57,928 nt of DNA from a virus (Duplodnaviria > Caudoviricetes): positions 1-57,928 of IMG/VR virus record IMGVR_UViG_3300038312_000096. One strand, 5' to 3'. Shown here in pieces: positions 46,016 through 56,174 of the stretch. Position 1 is the stretch's first letter. Each line of letters opens with the position of its first letter. The position numbers and the translations under genes are program-made. Under the pieces are notes generated by a model. It made no database searches. It was not told the DNA's origin and worked only from the letters and a program-made list of their open reading frames with translations.

Positions 46016-46963
46016 ATGGCTCAAATACTTGTAGCCACTAAAGAAATGACGCGTGATGAATGGCTAGACTGGCGCAAACATGGCATAGGTGGATCAGACG
46101 CCTCGGCAGTAGCTGGGCTCAATCCTTACAAGTCACCGGTGCAAGTTTACCTAGAAAAAATAGGTGATATGGAGATAGAAGAAGCTGGGGAGTCGGCCTA
46201 CTGGGGAACAATGCTAGAAGACATGGTAGCTCAAGAATTTAGTAAACGTACCGGCATGAAAGTGCAACGCAAAAACGCTATACTGCAACATCCAGAATAT
46301 CAACACATGATAGCTAACATTGATCGGCTTATCGTTGGCGAGGACAAGCCTGGAATCCTTGAGTGCAAGACAGCTAACGCTTGGTCTGGCAAGGATTGGG
46401 AAGAAGGTAAAATACCTCCTCAATACATCATTCAAGTTCAGCACTATCTAGCAGTAACTGGTTATGAATACGCATATATAGCTGCGTTAGTTGGTGGTCA
46501 GAAATTCTTTTATTACAAGATTGATAGAGATCAAGAGCTCATTGATTATCTGGTAAAAATTGAATCTGTTTTCTGGCAAATGGTGCAGGATAGAATGCCA
46601 CCGGAAGTTGATGGTAGCGAAGCCAGCAGTGATCTTTTAAAAAAACTCTATCCCATTGCAGAAGATCGCAAAGAGATAGACATGCCTGCTGAAGCAAGTT
46701 TGCTTCTGGATGCTTACGAACAAGTTAAAGCAGAGATTAAAGAACTAGAACAGCGCAAAGATGAACTGGAGAACAAGTTAAAAGCAATGATGGCAGATGC
46801 CGAAATTGGCAAAGCTGGCAAGCGAATAGTTGAATGGAAGAACGTTAATGCAAATCGTTTTGATAGCAAATCGTTCCAAAAAGATATGCCTGGACTTTAT
46901 GAAAATTATGTAAAGCTTTCTCCATATCGAAAATTTAGTATTAAAACCTTAAAGGGGGATTAA
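46016..46963 (+). CDS. YqaJ-like viral exonuclease
   Basis: WR..GIGGSD; ANID; ECKT; QVQHY. Confidence 0.93.
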   Translation: MAQILVATKEMTRDEWLDWRKHGIGGSDASAVAGLNPYKSPVQVYLEKIGDMEIEEAGESAYWGTMLEDMVAQEFSKRTGMKVQRKNAILQHPEYQHMIANIDRLIVGEDKPGILECKTANAWSGKDWEEGKIPPQYIIQVQHYLAVTGYEYAYIAALVGGQKFFYYKIDRDQELIDYLVKIESVFWQMVQDRMPPEVDGSEASSDLLKKLYPIAEDRKEIDMPAEASLLLDAYEQVKAEIKELEQRKDELENKLKAMMADAEIGKAGKRIVEWKNVNANRFDSKSFQKDMPGLYENYVKLSPYRKFSIKTLKGD

Positions 46964-46965
46964 TA

Positions 46966-47760
46966 ATGGCCACAGATGTTAAAGCCGCCTTGAAAGAAAA
47001 AGCTACCGGAGTGCAAGAAAAGCCAAAGTCGCCAGCCCAAAGAGTGAGAGACTATCTTGAACGAATGAAGCCAGAGCTAAACGCAGCTCTACCCAAACAC
47101 ATGAACCCAGACAGAATGGCGAGAGTAGCATTAACAACCATAAGGACCAACCCAAAGCTACTTGAATGCTCAATAGAATCATTAATGGGAGCAGTTGTGC
47201 AAGCTTCACAGCTGGGCCTAGAACCCGGCCTGCTTGGACATTGTTATCTGATACCCTTCCGCAATGGTAAAACAGGTAAAACAGATGTTCAATTCATTAT
47301 CGGCTACAAGGGTCTGCTCGACCTGGTACGCAGAAGTGGCGAGATTGAATCAATAGCTGCTCATGTAGTGCACGAAAAAGATACTTTTGAGTTTGAGTAC
47401 GGCTTAGATGAAAAACTACGTCATGTACCATGTCTAGTCGCAGATAGAGGACAAGTAACTTTAGCTTATGCTTACGCAAAATTTAAAGATAATGGTGGCT
47501 ACCAGATCATGGTAATGACTAAGCCAGAGATAGAAGCAATCAGAGAGCGGTCAAAAGCAAAAGATAACGGGCCTTGGGTTACAGACTGGGAGGAAATGGC
47601 TAAAAAGACAGTCCTTAGAAGATTGTGTAAATATTTGCCTATGAGCATCGAAATAGCTGGAGCAATCGAAAGAGACGAGCAGACAGTTTCAGACCTACCA
47701 ATTATAGAAGACGAAGGAACCATAATTATTGATGTTTCAGAGGTTGAGCAGGGGGCTTAA
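46966..47760 (+). CDS. recT: RecT recombinase
   Basis: LGLEP..G.CYLIPF; IGYKG; PW..DWEEMAKKTV. Confidence 0.95.
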   Translation: MATDVKAALKEKATGVQEKPKSPAQRVRDYLERMKPELNAALPKHMNPDRMARVALTTIRTNPKLLECSIESLMGAVVQASQLGLEPGLLGHCYLIPFRNGKTGKTDVQFIIGYKGLLDLVRRSGEIESIAAHVVHEKDTFEFEYGLDEKLRHVPCLVADRGQVTLAYAYAKFKDNGGYQIMVMTKPEIEAIRERSKAKDNGPWVTDWEEMAKKTVLRRLCKYLPMSIEIAGAIERDEQTVSDLPIIEDEGTIIIDVSEVEQGA

Positions 47761-47790
47761 TGCCTCCTGCGATTAAAGGGAGGGCTGAAA

Positions 47791-47982
47791 ATGGTTGTCA
47801 TTGACCACATCTTTTATATAACGGTAGAGGGTCAGGTAATAGCAGTAGCCCAAGCAGGTGATGGCTACTACTGGGCGACAGGAAAAAAGACCGGCAAAGA
47901 AGATAATTCGATGATGGCAATTAAAATAGCCGCACGACAAGCAACCAGAGAAGCTAAGAGAGAGGAAATCTTAGTAGGATAG
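47791..47982 (+). CDS. Hypothetical protein, homolog of 6356..6559
   Basis: Sequence similarity within the window. Confidence 0.7.
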   Translation: MVVIDHIFYITVEGQVIAVAQAGDGYYWATGKKTGKEDNSMMAIKIAARQATREAKREEILVG

Positions 47983-47993
47983 GAGGTGATAGC

Positions 47994-48215
47994 GTGAAAG
48001 CCCTACAAACAACGAGAGAGCGTGCGACTAAACACGCTCTCCACAGGGTAGACTGCAGCCTTTGTAAAGCTAGAGCTAAGAGCTGGCTAGAAAAGGCCGC
48101 AGATATAATATTCTTCAGTGAAGCGTTTGAATCCTTCATGGCAGCATTGATTGTGGTGGGAGGCCTTTATTTCTTGGCCCATTTAGCTATAGCAATTTTC
48201 AGAGGGTGGTTATAG
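47994..48215 (+). CDS. Small membrane protein
   Basis: C-terminal hydrophobic helix; AGGAGGTG RBS. Confidence 0.6.
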   Translation: MKALQTTRERATKHALHRVDCSLCKARAKSWLEKAADIIFFSEAFESFMAALIVVGGLYFLAHLAIAIFRGWL

Positions 48216-49036
48216 TGGACAAGCTACAAGACAAAAGGCGAGCAGGTTGGTTTTGGGATTCGAATACGATATTTGATTCAGGGTTATCAGCTTACGCGAT
48301 ACTAGTAAGGCTTTATCTTGCTAGATGCGCAGATAGTGACGGTGTAAGCTTCCCGGCAATAGCTACTATAGCAAATAAGTGCAATATAAGCAGGGCTTCT
48401 GTTGTCCGAGCTCTCAAAGAGTTAGAGGCAAAAGGCTGGCTATGCAGAAAGCCGAGGATAATACCAGGAACAAAGGCAAAAGCAACAACAATTTACACAC
48501 TCATAACACCTAGTGAAGAAGCAGCATCAACGTCAGAAACTGCTGACCTAGGTTCACACAGAACCGAGGGTAGGTTCTCACAGAACCTAGGGTCGGCTCA
48601 CACAGAACCGAGGGTAGGTTCTCACAGAACCAGAGAAGGACTACCCATAGAAGGACTACCTAATAAAGGACTACCCATAGAAGGACATATGTGTGCATCA
48701 GAACCAGAACAGCAAGATAAATATACTGCCGAGTTCGAATCATTTTGGCAAGAGTATCCAAGGAAAAAAGAAAAGAAGCGAGCTTACCGAGCGTGGAAAG
48801 CTGCTCTCAATAAAAAAGCAGAACCGCAACAGCTGATAACTGCCGCTAAACATTACTTCTACCACACTACAACAGAGCGAACAGATCAGAAATATATAAA
48901 ACACCCTTCGACATTTTTAGGACCAGACGAACCGTGGCGAGAGTGGCTAGAACCACCGAAGATTGGAGGCGGTAAGAGTGGAAAGTACGATCCAACAGCA
49001 GTCGATTGGGAAGCTGAAGCCGCAAAGTACCTGTAA
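48206..49036 (+). CDS. Replication initiator (HTH_36-like)
   Basis: FPAIATIA..C.ISR.SV..L.ELE; FW..YPRK; KHPSTFL; internal iterons. Confidence 0.85.
   Translation: MVIVDKLQDKRRAGWFWDSNTIFDSGLSAYAILVRLYLARCADSDGVSFPAIATIANKCNISRASVVRALKELEAKGWLCRKPRIIPGTKAKATTIYTLITPSEEAASTSETADLGSHRTEGRFSQNLGSAHTEPRVGSHRTREGLPIEGLPNKGLPIEGHMCASEPEQQDKYTAEFESFWQEYPRKKEKKRAYRAWKAALNKKAEPQQLITAAKHYFYHTTTERTDQKYIKHPSTFLGPDEPWREWLEPPKIGGGKSGKYDPTAVDWEAEAAKYL
48548..48686 (+). repeat. Origin iterons of phage B
   Basis: CACAGAACC units four times at 21-22 bp period; AAGGACTACC three times at 15-bp period. Confidence 0.85.
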
Positions 49037-49793
49037 TAAAGCGGGGACATGCTTAAACGGCAAGTACATGGATGAATACGTGGACTATAATATGCTACCA
49101 GCTAAAGAGTATACGAAATACATGGAAGCAATGAAGAACGGCACTGCACTAGACGGATACAAAACATGCCCAAGATGGGGGTTACCTGCCTACTCCGAAC
49201 TGGCTTGTATCAGAAAAAGAGATACTTGGCCCGCTAAACTTAGGCAAGCTGATATACCTGCAAGATACGAGTTTGCAAATAGAAGCGGCATAGAGCTAGA
49301 TCAAACAGCGATAAAAAGCTGGAAGATAATTAATAAATACATGGATAATTTAGAGACATATATGGGCGCTGGGCAAGGATTGATAATGTTTGGTAGCTTT
49401 GGGACGGGCAAGACTACAGCGGCGGTAGTGGTGGCACAAGAGGCTTTAAGCAAAGGCTACTCTGTAAAGTTCCTGGGTGTCGACTACCTCACGGCTGAAC
49501 TGCGAGGTATGCAATACGAGCAGGCGGCAATCTTCAGAAACGAGTTAGCGGAGAAAGACTTGATTATTCTTGATGGCCTAGAGGCAGACGCAGATGGAAA
49601 GTGGCTATTAGAAGAGGTCGGAGCAATAATTTCTAGACGATATGACAACAGAAAAGCAATAATAATTACTACTAACAGCACACCAGCACAATTACAAAAC
49701 AGCTCTTTACCCAAGCGTTATGTTGAGCGCATACTGCACAGTTGTAAGGTTGTCCCACTCACTGGGAAAAATTGGCGAGAAGGAGCATTGTAA
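48978..49793 (+). CDS. DnaC/IstB-like loader, close paralog of 9924..10715
   Basis: GSFGTGKT; long identical protein stretches. Confidence 0.9.
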   Translation: MESTIQQQSIGKLKPQSTCNKAGTCLNGKYMDEYVDYNMLPAKEYTKYMEAMKNGTALDGYKTCPRWGLPAYSELACIRKRDTWPAKLRQADIPARYEFANRSGIELDQTAIKSWKIINKYMDNLETYMGAGQGLIMFGSFGTGKTTAAVVVAQEALSKGYSVKFLGVDYLTAELRGMQYEQAAIFRNELAEKDLIILDGLEADADGKWLLEEVGAIISRRYDNRKAIIITTNSTPAQLQNSSLPKRYVERILHSCKVVPLTGKNWREGAL

Positions 49794-49794
49794 A

Positions 49795-50478
49795 ATGAAA
49801 ATTACCTTACCGGACCTTCCGGTCATTGCAACATCAGACTTTATGACACAGATGGTCAAGGTAGAAGAAGAAGCTAGGGAGCTCGTTGAGTCTATTGAGT
49901 TATTTCAGCCAGGGAGCGATTCATCACTCTGCGACATGCTGGGCGAGGCACTAGACACGGTTCAAGCGATTGCTGGATTATTAGAAATTCTTGATGATGA
50001 TGTGTTAGAAACAGCGATAGAATATCACACAGAAAAGTTACAAAGAAAGTATGCCGCTAAAGGTTATACAGTGGTAATACGCAGGGGAGGTAAGATAATG
50101 AATAAAGCGATTTTGATAGGCAGGCTTACACGTGATCCAGAGCTTAAGCATACCCAAAACGGCAACCCGGTTGCCAACTTTACGCTAGCAGTAGACCGAG
50201 GATATGGAAAAGAGAAAGAAGCGGACTTTATAAATATCGTTGTTTGGAACAAAGCGGCCGAGGCTGTTGAAAAGTATCTTGGCAAAGGCAGTCTTGTTGC
50301 TGTTGAGGGAAGCATTAGGGTAAGGAGTTATGAGGCCAAAGATGGCGGGCGCAGATATGTGACTGAGGTAGTTGCCAATAACGTCAAATTCTTGGAGAAA
50401 AAAGGACAATCTGAAGCGAGCGACCAGGAGCATTACGACAATAGGCCAGATCCATTTGAAGAAGAGGCGCCATTTTGA
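49795..50478 (+). CDS. ssb: MazG-like domain in frame with SSB (SSB start at 50098)
   Basis: KVEEEARELVE..EALD helical motif; internal GGAGGT RBS then MNKAILIGRLTRDPEL. Confidence 0.8.
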   Translation: MKITLPDLPVIATSDFMTQMVKVEEEARELVESIELFQPGSDSSLCDMLGEALDTVQAIAGLLEILDDDVLETAIEYHTEKLQRKYAAKGYTVVIRRGGKIMNKAILIGRLTRDPELKHTQNGNPVANFTLAVDRGYGKEKEADFINIVVWNKAAEAVEKYLGKGSLVAVEGSIRVRSYEAKDGGRRYVTEVVANNVKFLEKKGQSEASDQEHYDNRPDPFEEEAPF

Positions 50479-50663
50479 TGGGTTCAACAAAAAAAGCGAA
50501 AGAGATTAGAAAGTGGAGAAAGAAAGCTGGCTTGAAACAGATAGAACTGGCCGAACTAATCAAAACAAGTCAGCAAAACATTTCACGAGCAGAAAACAAT
50601 TACTTTGTTAGTCGTGAGATGCAGGAGAACATCCTACAAGCCATTCGAAGGTCGAGGTGGTAG
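50475..50663 (+). CDS. Small Xre HTH protein
   Basis: LKQIELAELIKTSQQNISRAE. Confidence 0.75.
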   Translation: MMGSTKKAKEIRKWRKKAGLKQIELAELIKTSQQNISRAENNYFVSREMQENILQAIRRSRW

Positions 50664-50670
50664 TGTGCGA

Positions 50671-51039
50671 ATGACTGAAGAAGAGTTCCTGGGCCTGACT
50701 GGTGAAAGCAAGCCCAAAAAAACTAAGTACAACAACAAAAAGACCTGGGTTGATGGAATTTGCTTCGATTCAAAGAAAGAAGCAGAGTGCTACGAAGGAT
50801 TAAAGCTACTGCTTAAAGCTGGAGAGATAGCTGGTTTTTGCAGACAACCGCAGTTTATCCTGGTAGAAGGCAACGCAGAGGAAAGAGCCATCACATATAA
50901 AGCTGATTTTATAGTGTTCAACAAAAATGGTACGTATGAAATTATAGACGTTAAGGGCTTTGAGTCTCAACAGTGGAAGCGCACATTTAAGCAGTTCCGA
51001 CTGAAATTCCCGAGCTTAGATATAAAAATAGAAAAGTAA
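50671..51039 (+). CDS. DUF1064 PD-(D/E)xK nuclease
   Basis: KY.NKK..VDGI.FDSKKEA; Y.ADF; DVKG. Confidence 0.85.
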   Translation: MTEEEFLGLTGESKPKKTKYNNKKTWVDGICFDSKKEAECYEGLKLLLKAGEIAGFCRQPQFILVEGNAEERAITYKADFIVFNKNGTYEIIDVKGFESQQWKRTFKQFRLKFPSLDIKIEK

Positions 51040-51051
51040 GGGGGACGGCAA

Positions 51052-51300
51052 GTGGACGAGGACTTTATGGCCATGCTTGATGAGTTCAAAAAAGTTCTAG
51101 GTGAAGAATTAAGCGAAGAACATGTCTATCAGCTTAAAAGATTAATAAGCTTCGACCCGCCTGCATTGATAATTAGATTTGTTTCCCTGATAGATATAGC
51201 GTTATGGGTGATAGCTAAAAGTATTAAGCCGTCATTCACAAGTTCCACCGGCAGACGTCACAGCTTGTATGCTACTAGGCATTACACTCTGCCTCCTTAA
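51052..51300 (+). CDS. Hypothetical protein
   Basis: RBS; in operon. Confidence 0.5.
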   Translation: MDEDFMAMLDEFKKVLGEELSEEHVYQLKRLISFDPPALIIRFVSLIDIALWVIAKSIKPSFTSSTGRRHSLYATRHYTLPP

Positions 51301-51337
51301 GCCGGAGGCTAATACATACAAAAAAGGAGGGCATAAA

Positions 51338-51892
51338 GTGGAGTTAAAGCCATTATTGCAACCGCCGAACAACGAAACGCCAGAGCATTTTTATCTTAAG
51401 CAAATTGCCAAAATCTGGCTAAAGGTGCAGCAACAATGCCAGTATGTAGCAAACGAGATTTATATACCTGGTGATAGATATGAGGGGAGAGAAGAAAGAA
51501 GTATTAGCGATGCTGCAGGAGTGAAAAAAAGGCATATAAAAGGGCCGGTTTACGACTACACCGTTTTTAATATTGAAGTAAAAGTTTCAAAGTCTGATTA
51601 TCTAACTGGCTATTGCACAGGAGGTCATTATAACTGGGTAATGACACCAAAGGGGTTGCTGAAGCCAGAGGAACTGCCTACAACAATAGGCTTGATTGAA
51701 GTTGATTTAGATAAATGCAAGATTGAACAAAACGTAAAATATGCAAAACCTGTTTTTTGTGGACTAGAGACAGCAAAAAAACCACGCAAACGAATGGTGG
51801 AATACGGAACTGCTTTAGAAGTTGTAGACAATATATGCAGGCGCTTAACTAATCAAGATGTTTACAATAACCCCTGGGTAAAAATTGGTTAA
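51338..51892 (+). CDS. MmcB-like PD-(D/E)xK nuclease
   Basis: E..D..IEVKVSKSDY..P...ELP..GLI. Confidence 0.65.
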   Translation: MELKPLLQPPNNETPEHFYLKQIAKIWLKVQQQCQYVANEIYIPGDRYEGREERSISDAAGVKKRHIKGPVYDYTVFNIEVKVSKSDYLTGYCTGGHYNWVMTPKGLLKPEELPTTIGLIEVDLDKCKIEQNVKYAKPVFCGLETAKKPRKRMVEYGTALEVVDNICRRLTNQDVYNNPWVKIG

Positions 51893-51907
51893 GCATATTA
51901 GGAGGGT

Positions 51908-52144
51908 GTGAAGATGAAAAATATATCACTGGTATTAATAATCATTATGATTATATACACGCTAGCAGTTCTCTTTTTGAGGTCCGATCAAATGCTAGCA
52001 GAAAGCAAGCTTAACTTAATATATGTACTGCATGAGAACCGCCTTGAGCTGATAGCTGAAAATGAAAATACCTACACTGTCAGAGATACAACAAACAACC
52101 ACTTTTACGAGATACCGAAGAATGACTTGTTAGTTAAATTGTAA
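51908..52144 (+). CDS. Small membrane protein
   Basis: Hydrophobic N-terminus. Confidence 0.6.
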   Translation: MKMKNISLVLIIIMIIYTLAVLFLRSDQMLAESKLNLIYVLHENRLELIAENENTYTVRDTTNNHFYEIPKNDLLVKL

Positions 52145-52165
52145 AGGAAAAGAGGGGAAGGCAAG

Positions 52166-52930
52166 ATGGCAGACACCAAGATAGAGTGGGCGGATAAAGT
52201 ATGGAATCCGATTACAGGGTGTAGCAAGATTAGCGAAGGATGCCAGAACTGTTATGCAGAGAGAATGGCCAACAGACTAAAAGGCAGATATGGCTACCCC
52301 GAAGACAATCCTTTCGAAGTAACGGTGCATGAAGATAGGCTTGAAGAGCCGCTAAAATGGAAGAAACCAAGCAGGGTGTTTGTTTGTTCGATGGGTGATT
52401 TATTCCATGAAGATATAGATCCTTCAGTTATCCAAGATGCCCTATGGTGCATGGAAAAAGTACCACAACACACATTCCTAATACTAACTAAACGGCCAGA
52501 TACTATGCGAAAATACTTGAGGGTGTTTTACCATCAGAAAAAGATACCGGGAAACATCTGGTTTGGCGTAACAGTAGAGAACCAACAACGCGCAGATGAA
52601 CGAATACCAATCCTTTTACAAATACCAGCTGCAGTTAGGTTTGTAAGCGTTGAGCCAATGCTAGGATTCGTGGATTTAGAACGTTACCTTGGGCGCAAAG
52701 CTGTTTCAGAAGGTATAGACTGGGTTATCTGCGGCGGAGAAACAGGACCAGGAGCAAGACCAGCTCAACAAAAAGCCATTGTTGATTTATATAAACAAGC
52801 AAAGGCAGCTAATATCCCTTTCTTTTTCAAAAAGTGGGGAAGTTCTACAAGCTTAAGCACTGTTGCTAGTTTTCCAATGGTAGAAAAGTGCAGAGAGTTC
52901 CCGAGGGAGGGGCGAGCATATGGAAACTGA
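52166..52930 (+). CDS. DUF5131 (Gp37/Gp68-like, radical-SAM-like) protein
   Basis: IEW...WNP.TGC.K.S.GC.NCYA; SM.DLFH; LTKRP; WVI.GGE; PFFFK. Confidence 0.9.
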   Translation: MADTKIEWADKVWNPITGCSKISEGCQNCYAERMANRLKGRYGYPEDNPFEVTVHEDRLEEPLKWKKPSRVFVCSMGDLFHEDIDPSVIQDALWCMEKVPQHTFLILTKRPDTMRKYLRVFYHQKKIPGNIWFGVTVENQQRADERIPILLQIPAAVRFVSVEPMLGFVDLERYLGRKAVSEGIDWVICGGETGPGARPAQQKAIVDLYKQAKAANIPFFFKKWGSSTSLSTVASFPMVEKCREFPREGRAYGN

Positions 52931-53150
52931 TTATATTGCTAAAATTATTGGTTTCTACAGAAAAGAAGCGACTAAAATACCTCTCAAATGCGAACATCCT
53001 ACATGCTTATTTGATATTACCAACATCCATATAGAAGCCACAAAAAAATTATATGCCAAATGGAAAGCAGAGTGCCCACATATATGCCCTAAGTGGAGAG
53101 AAGAAGAATTTGATAAGAATAATACCAAAAATGCTAATCCAGACGAATAG
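52920..53150 (+). CDS. Hypothetical Cys-containing protein
   Basis: RBS; overlap with the previous gene. Confidence 0.55.
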   Translation: METDYIAKIIGFYRKEATKIPLKCEHPTCLFDITNIHIEATKKLYAKWKAECPHICPKWREEEFDKNNTKNANPDE

Positions 53151-53183
53151 GATATCCCTAATGCAAAAACGGAGGGGTAGAAG

Positions 53184-53597
53184 ATGAACATTTGCGTAGA
53201 TACAGAGAGAATATTTGCCTATCGTGGCAAGACAAAAGACAATGGTGAGTGGGTTTATGGAGGATATTATTGGATAGAACTTGGAAAAGCACGAAAACAT
53301 TATATTTTTAGTTCTGGAGCTTCTAACGTGTATGACATTGAGATTGAGCCGGGAACGGCCGATAGATGGACTGGTAGAGAAGACAAAAATGACAATGAAG
53401 TTTTTGAGAATGATATCCTGGCAGTAGGTAGCAGCAGAGTTCTTAGCCTCGTTTTTTGGGATCGTGAAAATAGCCGTTTTTCTCTTAAAAATTTAATTCG
53501 TAACGAAATCTATCCTTTCGATAGTCGTTTTGATAAAGAAGATATTGAAGTTGTTGGGGATGCTCACGACAATCCGGAGTTATTGGAGGTGGGATAG
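53184..53597 (+). CDS. YopX-family protein
   Basis: YRGK..NGEWVYG; FENDI; HDNPELL. Confidence 0.85.
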   Translation: MNICVDTERIFAYRGKTKDNGEWVYGGYYWIELGKARKHYIFSSGASNVYDIEIEPGTADRWTGREDKNDNEVFENDILAVGSSRVLSLVFWDRENSRFSLKNLIRNEIYPFDSRFDKEDIEVVGDAHDNPELLEVG

Positions 53598-53801
53598 ATG
53601 GGTAGCAAAATGCTTATTCAAGCATGGCTATACAACGATAACAAGGGGACAAAGCTAGCAACTACAGACAAGAACGTAATGGTAGGAGCTAAGGAAGAGG
53701 ATTGGGAGCAAATATCTTTAGTGATCCCTGTTTCTGTTCTGAAAGAATGGGCCGAAGCTTATCAAGAGGTTGAGGGTGAGGAAGATGAAGGGTACGATTA
53801 A
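53598..53801 (+). CDS. Hypothetical protein
   Basis: RBS. Confidence 0.6.
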   Translation: MGSKMLIQAWLYNDNKGTKLATTDKNVMVGAKEEDWEQISLVIPVSVLKEWAEAYQEVEGEEDEGYD

Positions 53802-54045
53802 TTGCAGTTGTGGCAGTGAAGCAGAGTACATCTATCGAGACGAGTACTACTGCAGTGAATGCTTGCTAAAAGCCTTAGAGAGAGACGAAGAAATAAATTC
53901 TGTAGAAGTAAGTTACAAAACTTATTGGGACAAATATGGTAATTTTGTCGGTGATGACTGTGACGGAGACCAGGAAGTTATTGATAAATGTTTAGATACT
54001 ATACCTTGGTTAGTAGAGGGTGGTAACAATCGCCAAGATAATTAA
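53785..54045 (+). CDS. Zn-finger-like acidic protein
   Basis: CSCG..YCSEC. Confidence 0.6.
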   Translation: MKGTINCSCGSEAEYIYRDEYYCSECLLKALERDEEINSVEVSYKTYWDKYGNFVGDDCDGDQEVIDKCLDTIPWLVEGGNNRQDN

Positions 54046-54334
54046 AAGCAAAGACAAATATTTGTTTTATTGCCCTGGTTGTGAAAGAGAACATGCTTTC
54101 GATTCTACTTGGCGATTTAACAACGATTATGAGAAGCCTACTGTTACTCCTTCTGTATTGGTGCAATATCCTTGGGGTAAAAACAAAGGAATAAAAAGAT
54201 GCCACAGTTTCATTGCTGATGGTAAATTACACTATTTAACTGATTGTTCTCATAGCTTAGCAGGGCAAACAGTGGGCATGGCAGAGATAGACATGGAGCA
54301 AGAAGTATGGGAGGAGGGTGAGGCAAATGCTTAG
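54020..54334 (+). CDS. DUF6527-like protein
   Basis: CPGC...H; W.FN...PT.TPS; CHSFI.DG...L.DC.H.LAGQTV. Confidence 0.75.
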   Translation: MVTIAKIIKSKDKYLFYCPGCEREHAFDSTWRFNNDYEKPTVTPSVLVQYPWGKNKGIKRCHSFIADGKLHYLTDCSHSLAGQTVGMAEIDMEQEVWEEGEANA

Positions 54335-54713
54335 CAACATAAAACTTAAGTTGGCAGAAGAGGCTTCAAGTGAATGGCTAAAAGCTTTAGAGCGAGCAGT
54401 AGTTGCCGAAGCTCAAGTTAAAGAATTAGAAAATAGAATAGATGTTTTATCAACAGTAGTTAATCAATACTGCTCCCCTTACTACGACATGATGGAGCGA
54501 GCAGAGAAAGCGGAGGCGCTGAACAAAAAACTGTTAGACTGCTTGCACAAAGTTATCAGACAAGCCTGCGAAGATAGAAATGGTAAATATGACTCTATGT
54601 GTCTAACCGCTTATGCTGATGCTATGGAGTTGTTAGGTAGGTTCGGTTTGCTTGAGATAAGAATAGCTTATGGTCGTTCGGTAGTAGCAGTTGATAAAAA
54701 AGAGCAGGCTTAG
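54327..54713 (+). CDS. Hypothetical coiled-coil protein
   Basis: RBS; in operon. Confidence 0.6.
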   Translation: MLSNIKLKLAEEASSEWLKALERAVVAEAQVKELENRIDVLSTVVNQYCSPYYDMMERAEKAEALNKKLLDCLHKVIRQACEDRNGKYDSMCLTAYADAMELLGRFGLLEIRIAYGRSVVAVDKKEQA

Positions 54714-54735
54714 CCCTGCTCTAGGAGGTAAAAAG

Positions 54736-55074
54736 ATGCCAGAGACACTTGGGAACATGAAGAAAGTTGTTAGATATGAGTGTCAGTTTTGCAAGAAAGA
54801 ATTCAGAACACCAGGCAGACACCACTGCAAGCGCAATCCCGAACTAAAGAATTGCTTCAGTTGCAAGCATCTAGTAGGGTGGAAAAAATCAGAAGATAGG
54901 ATATATAGCCCAGGTGTTATTTTCCCTAACTATCCGCATTGTGATGCTGGTATGAGCGAGGACTGGGATATAGAAATCATCAAGTCAAAAGGCTATGACA
55001 TGCAGTGCGAATCTTACGAACATGGCCAACATGATGGCCCAACGTGGCTAGACACAATAAGAAACAGAGCTTGA
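54736..55074 (+). CDS. Cys-rich hypothetical protein
   Basis: CQFC..H.C..NP..C.SCKH. Confidence 0.6.
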   Translation: MPETLGNMKKVVRYECQFCKKEFRTPGRHHCKRNPELKNCFSCKHLVGWKKSEDRIYSPGVIFPNYPHCDAGMSEDWDIEIIKSKGYDMQCESYEHGQHDGPTWLDTIRNRA

Positions 55075-55093
55075 TTCTCAAGGAGGTGGCAAG

Positions 55094-55537
55094 GTGCAAC
55101 AAACAAAGACGGACAAGGATTTACAGCGAGCTTATTTCAGGTGCATTGAAGCTGAATTATACCGCTACCAAGCTACTAAACAAGAATTACACGATTTACG
55201 CATGGCGATTATTGAAGGCGGAGGACAGCCAGAACTACCAGTCTACACCGGTCCAGGAGACACAACCGGGAAGAAGGCAGTAAAGCTAGTAACTTCAGTT
55301 GGTATATACGAAATGGAAAGACGAGTTAAAGCGATTGAGAAGGCACTCAAAGAAGCAGAAAGGCTGGAGCCTGGCAGGATGGAGCTAGTAAGGTTAAAGT
55401 ATTTTGATAAGAAACTCACTAACTACGGGATTATAAAGGAGCTCAATATTAGCGAAGCCACTTTCTACCGGTGGAGGCGGGAACTGATTTATAGTATTGC
55501 AGATAAATTGGGATGGGATGCTGGGCAAGGGCTATAA
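55094..55537 (+). CDS. ArpU/RinA-family late transcriptional activator
   Basis: GDTTG.KA..L; LKYF; ISEATFYRWR...IA..LG. Confidence 0.8.
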   Translation: MQQTKTDKDLQRAYFRCIEAELYRYQATKQELHDLRMAIIEGGGQPELPVYTGPGDTTGKKAVKLVTSVGIYEMERRVKAIEKALKEAERLEPGRMELVRLKYFDKKLTNYGIIKELNISEATFYRWRRELIYSIADKLGWDAGQGL

Positions 55538-55555
55538 AAAAGGAGGGGAAAGAAG

Positions 55556-56011
55556 ATGCGAGCTATAGAGTTCAGAGGCAAGAGGCTAGACAATGGTGAG
55601 TGGGCTTATGGCAATTTAGTTAGTGATAGCAAAAGGTATTTTATTATCTACGATAACGATATAACAGAATGTACTCGATACGGTGAACGATATATCGAAG
55701 CAAGCAGATACTTTGAGGTTGATCCAGAAACGGTAGGCATGTCCACAAACCACAAAGATGGTAAAGTTAACGAATTATACGCAGGCGATATAGTTATTTC
55801 TCGCTACAACCATAACTTTATTGGTGTAATAAAGTTTGGCGATCATAAAGCATACTGCCCATTAGATAATTTATGGGTAACATCTACAGGGTTCTATATT
55901 GAAGAGCCTGGTAAGACCAAGGATGCCTATCCAACAGGAGCAACAGAAGGTTGGGCTATAAAAATAGGCAACATCCACGACAATCCAGAGCTGTTGGAGG
56001 TGGAAGAGTGA
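55556..56011 (+). CDS. YopX-family protein; 5' ~180 nt nearly identical to the gene at 6522
   Basis: DNA near-identity up to ETVG, then divergent. Confidence 0.88.
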   Translation: MRAIEFRGKRLDNGEWAYGNLVSDSKRYFIIYDNDITECTRYGERYIEASRYFEVDPETVGMSTNHKDGKVNELYAGDIVISRYNHNFIGVIKFGDHKAYCPLDNLWVTSTGFYIEEPGKTKDAYPTGATEGWAIKIGNIHDNPELLEVEE

Positions 56012-56163
56012 AAATAATAAAGGCTATCTTAACTATATTGTTCATGTTGCAATACTTATATAGCACGTTTAACCTCAAAAAAGAAAATAGTGTTAACAAA
56101 AATGTATACTATGGGATGCAGGCTATTATGGGCTTAATATGGTTTCTTTGGTTCATGAGGTAA
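56008..56163 (+). CDS. Small two-helix membrane protein
   Basis: GGAGGTG RBS; GTG start. Confidence 0.55.
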   Translation: MKIIKAILTILFMLQYLYSTFNLKKENSVNKNVYYGMQAIMGLIWFLWFMR

Positions 56164-56174
56164 GGGGTGAAAAA

